The notes under the pieces: generated by a model | Databases searched by the model: none | The model's input: the letters and a program-made list of their open reading frames with translations, nothing else | Told to the model about the DNA's origin: nothing | Program-made: the position numbers and the translations under genes | NCBI RefSeq assembly: GCF_009914755.1 | Contig: NC_060931.1 | Source: the human T2T-CHM13v2.0 reference genome, Homo sapiens | Direction: 5' to 3' (one strand) | Length of the DNA: 64,000 bases | In this document: one piece after another, positions 63,775 to 64,000 of the stretch | How the letters are laid out: each line of letters starts with the position of its first letter | How positions within the stretch are numbered: position 1 is the first letter of the stretch

Positions 63775-64000
63775 TTTTAGATGACTTTTAAGTTCAGGGG
63801 TCCAAGTGCAGGTTTATTACACAGGTAAACTTGTGTCATAGGAGTTTGTTGTACAGATTATTTCATCACCCAGGTACTAAGCCTAGTACCCATTAGTCAC
63901 TTTTTTCTCATCCTCTCCCTCCTCCCACCTTCCACCCTCCAATAGGCCCAGTGTCTGTTGTTTCCCTCTGTGTGTCCAAGTGTTTTCATCCTTTAGCTTT
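63775..64000 (-). mobile_element. L1PA (L1PA13-16-like) 3' end, runs off the window
   Basis: AGGTAAACTTGTGTCAT.GG.GTTTGTTGTACAGATTATTTCATCACCCAGGTACTAAGCCTAGTACCC. Confidence 0.9.

Overview
Primate (human-like) non-coding genomic DNA, most consistent with a large intron or an intergenic region. I could not support any protein-coding exon, RNA gene, CpG island or CRISPR array. The listed ORFs are Alu, LTR, L1 or microsatellite artefacts; the only recognisable protein fragment is decayed L1 ORF2 reverse transcriptase at 13145-13387. The window holds about 60 Alu elements or fragments (roughly 1 per kb), many with readable target-site duplications (TSDs). It also holds MaLR, ERVL and ERV1 solo LTRs (MLT1, MST, THE1, MER21, MER4A, LTR8, MER50-like), L1/L2/MIR relics, DNA-transposon fossils (MER1A x2, Tigger2a, Ricksha, MER5) and long low-complexity tracts: about 800 bp of (TG/TATG)n and about 940 bp of (GAT/GGT)n. 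The structure that repeat annotation does not explain is a set of local inverted duplications: a ~270-bp, ~93%-identical inverted repeat with extra templated fragments (23.3-24.2 kb), two ~107-bp hairpins (47.0 and 63.6 kb), an older ~180-bp inverted copy (40.2/42.0 kb) and a 17-bp inverted insertion inside an Alu (28.4 kb). In the three closely spaced pairs, transition mismatches favour G:U pairing on the + strand by 19:2 (hand count). Several repeat-free blocks rich in homeodomain motifs look like developmental enhancers. Repeat subfamily names come from recalled consensus sequences, and boundaries are approximate unless a TSD is quoted. I found no convincing wholly new biological system; the hairpin and inverted-repeat set is the best lead.
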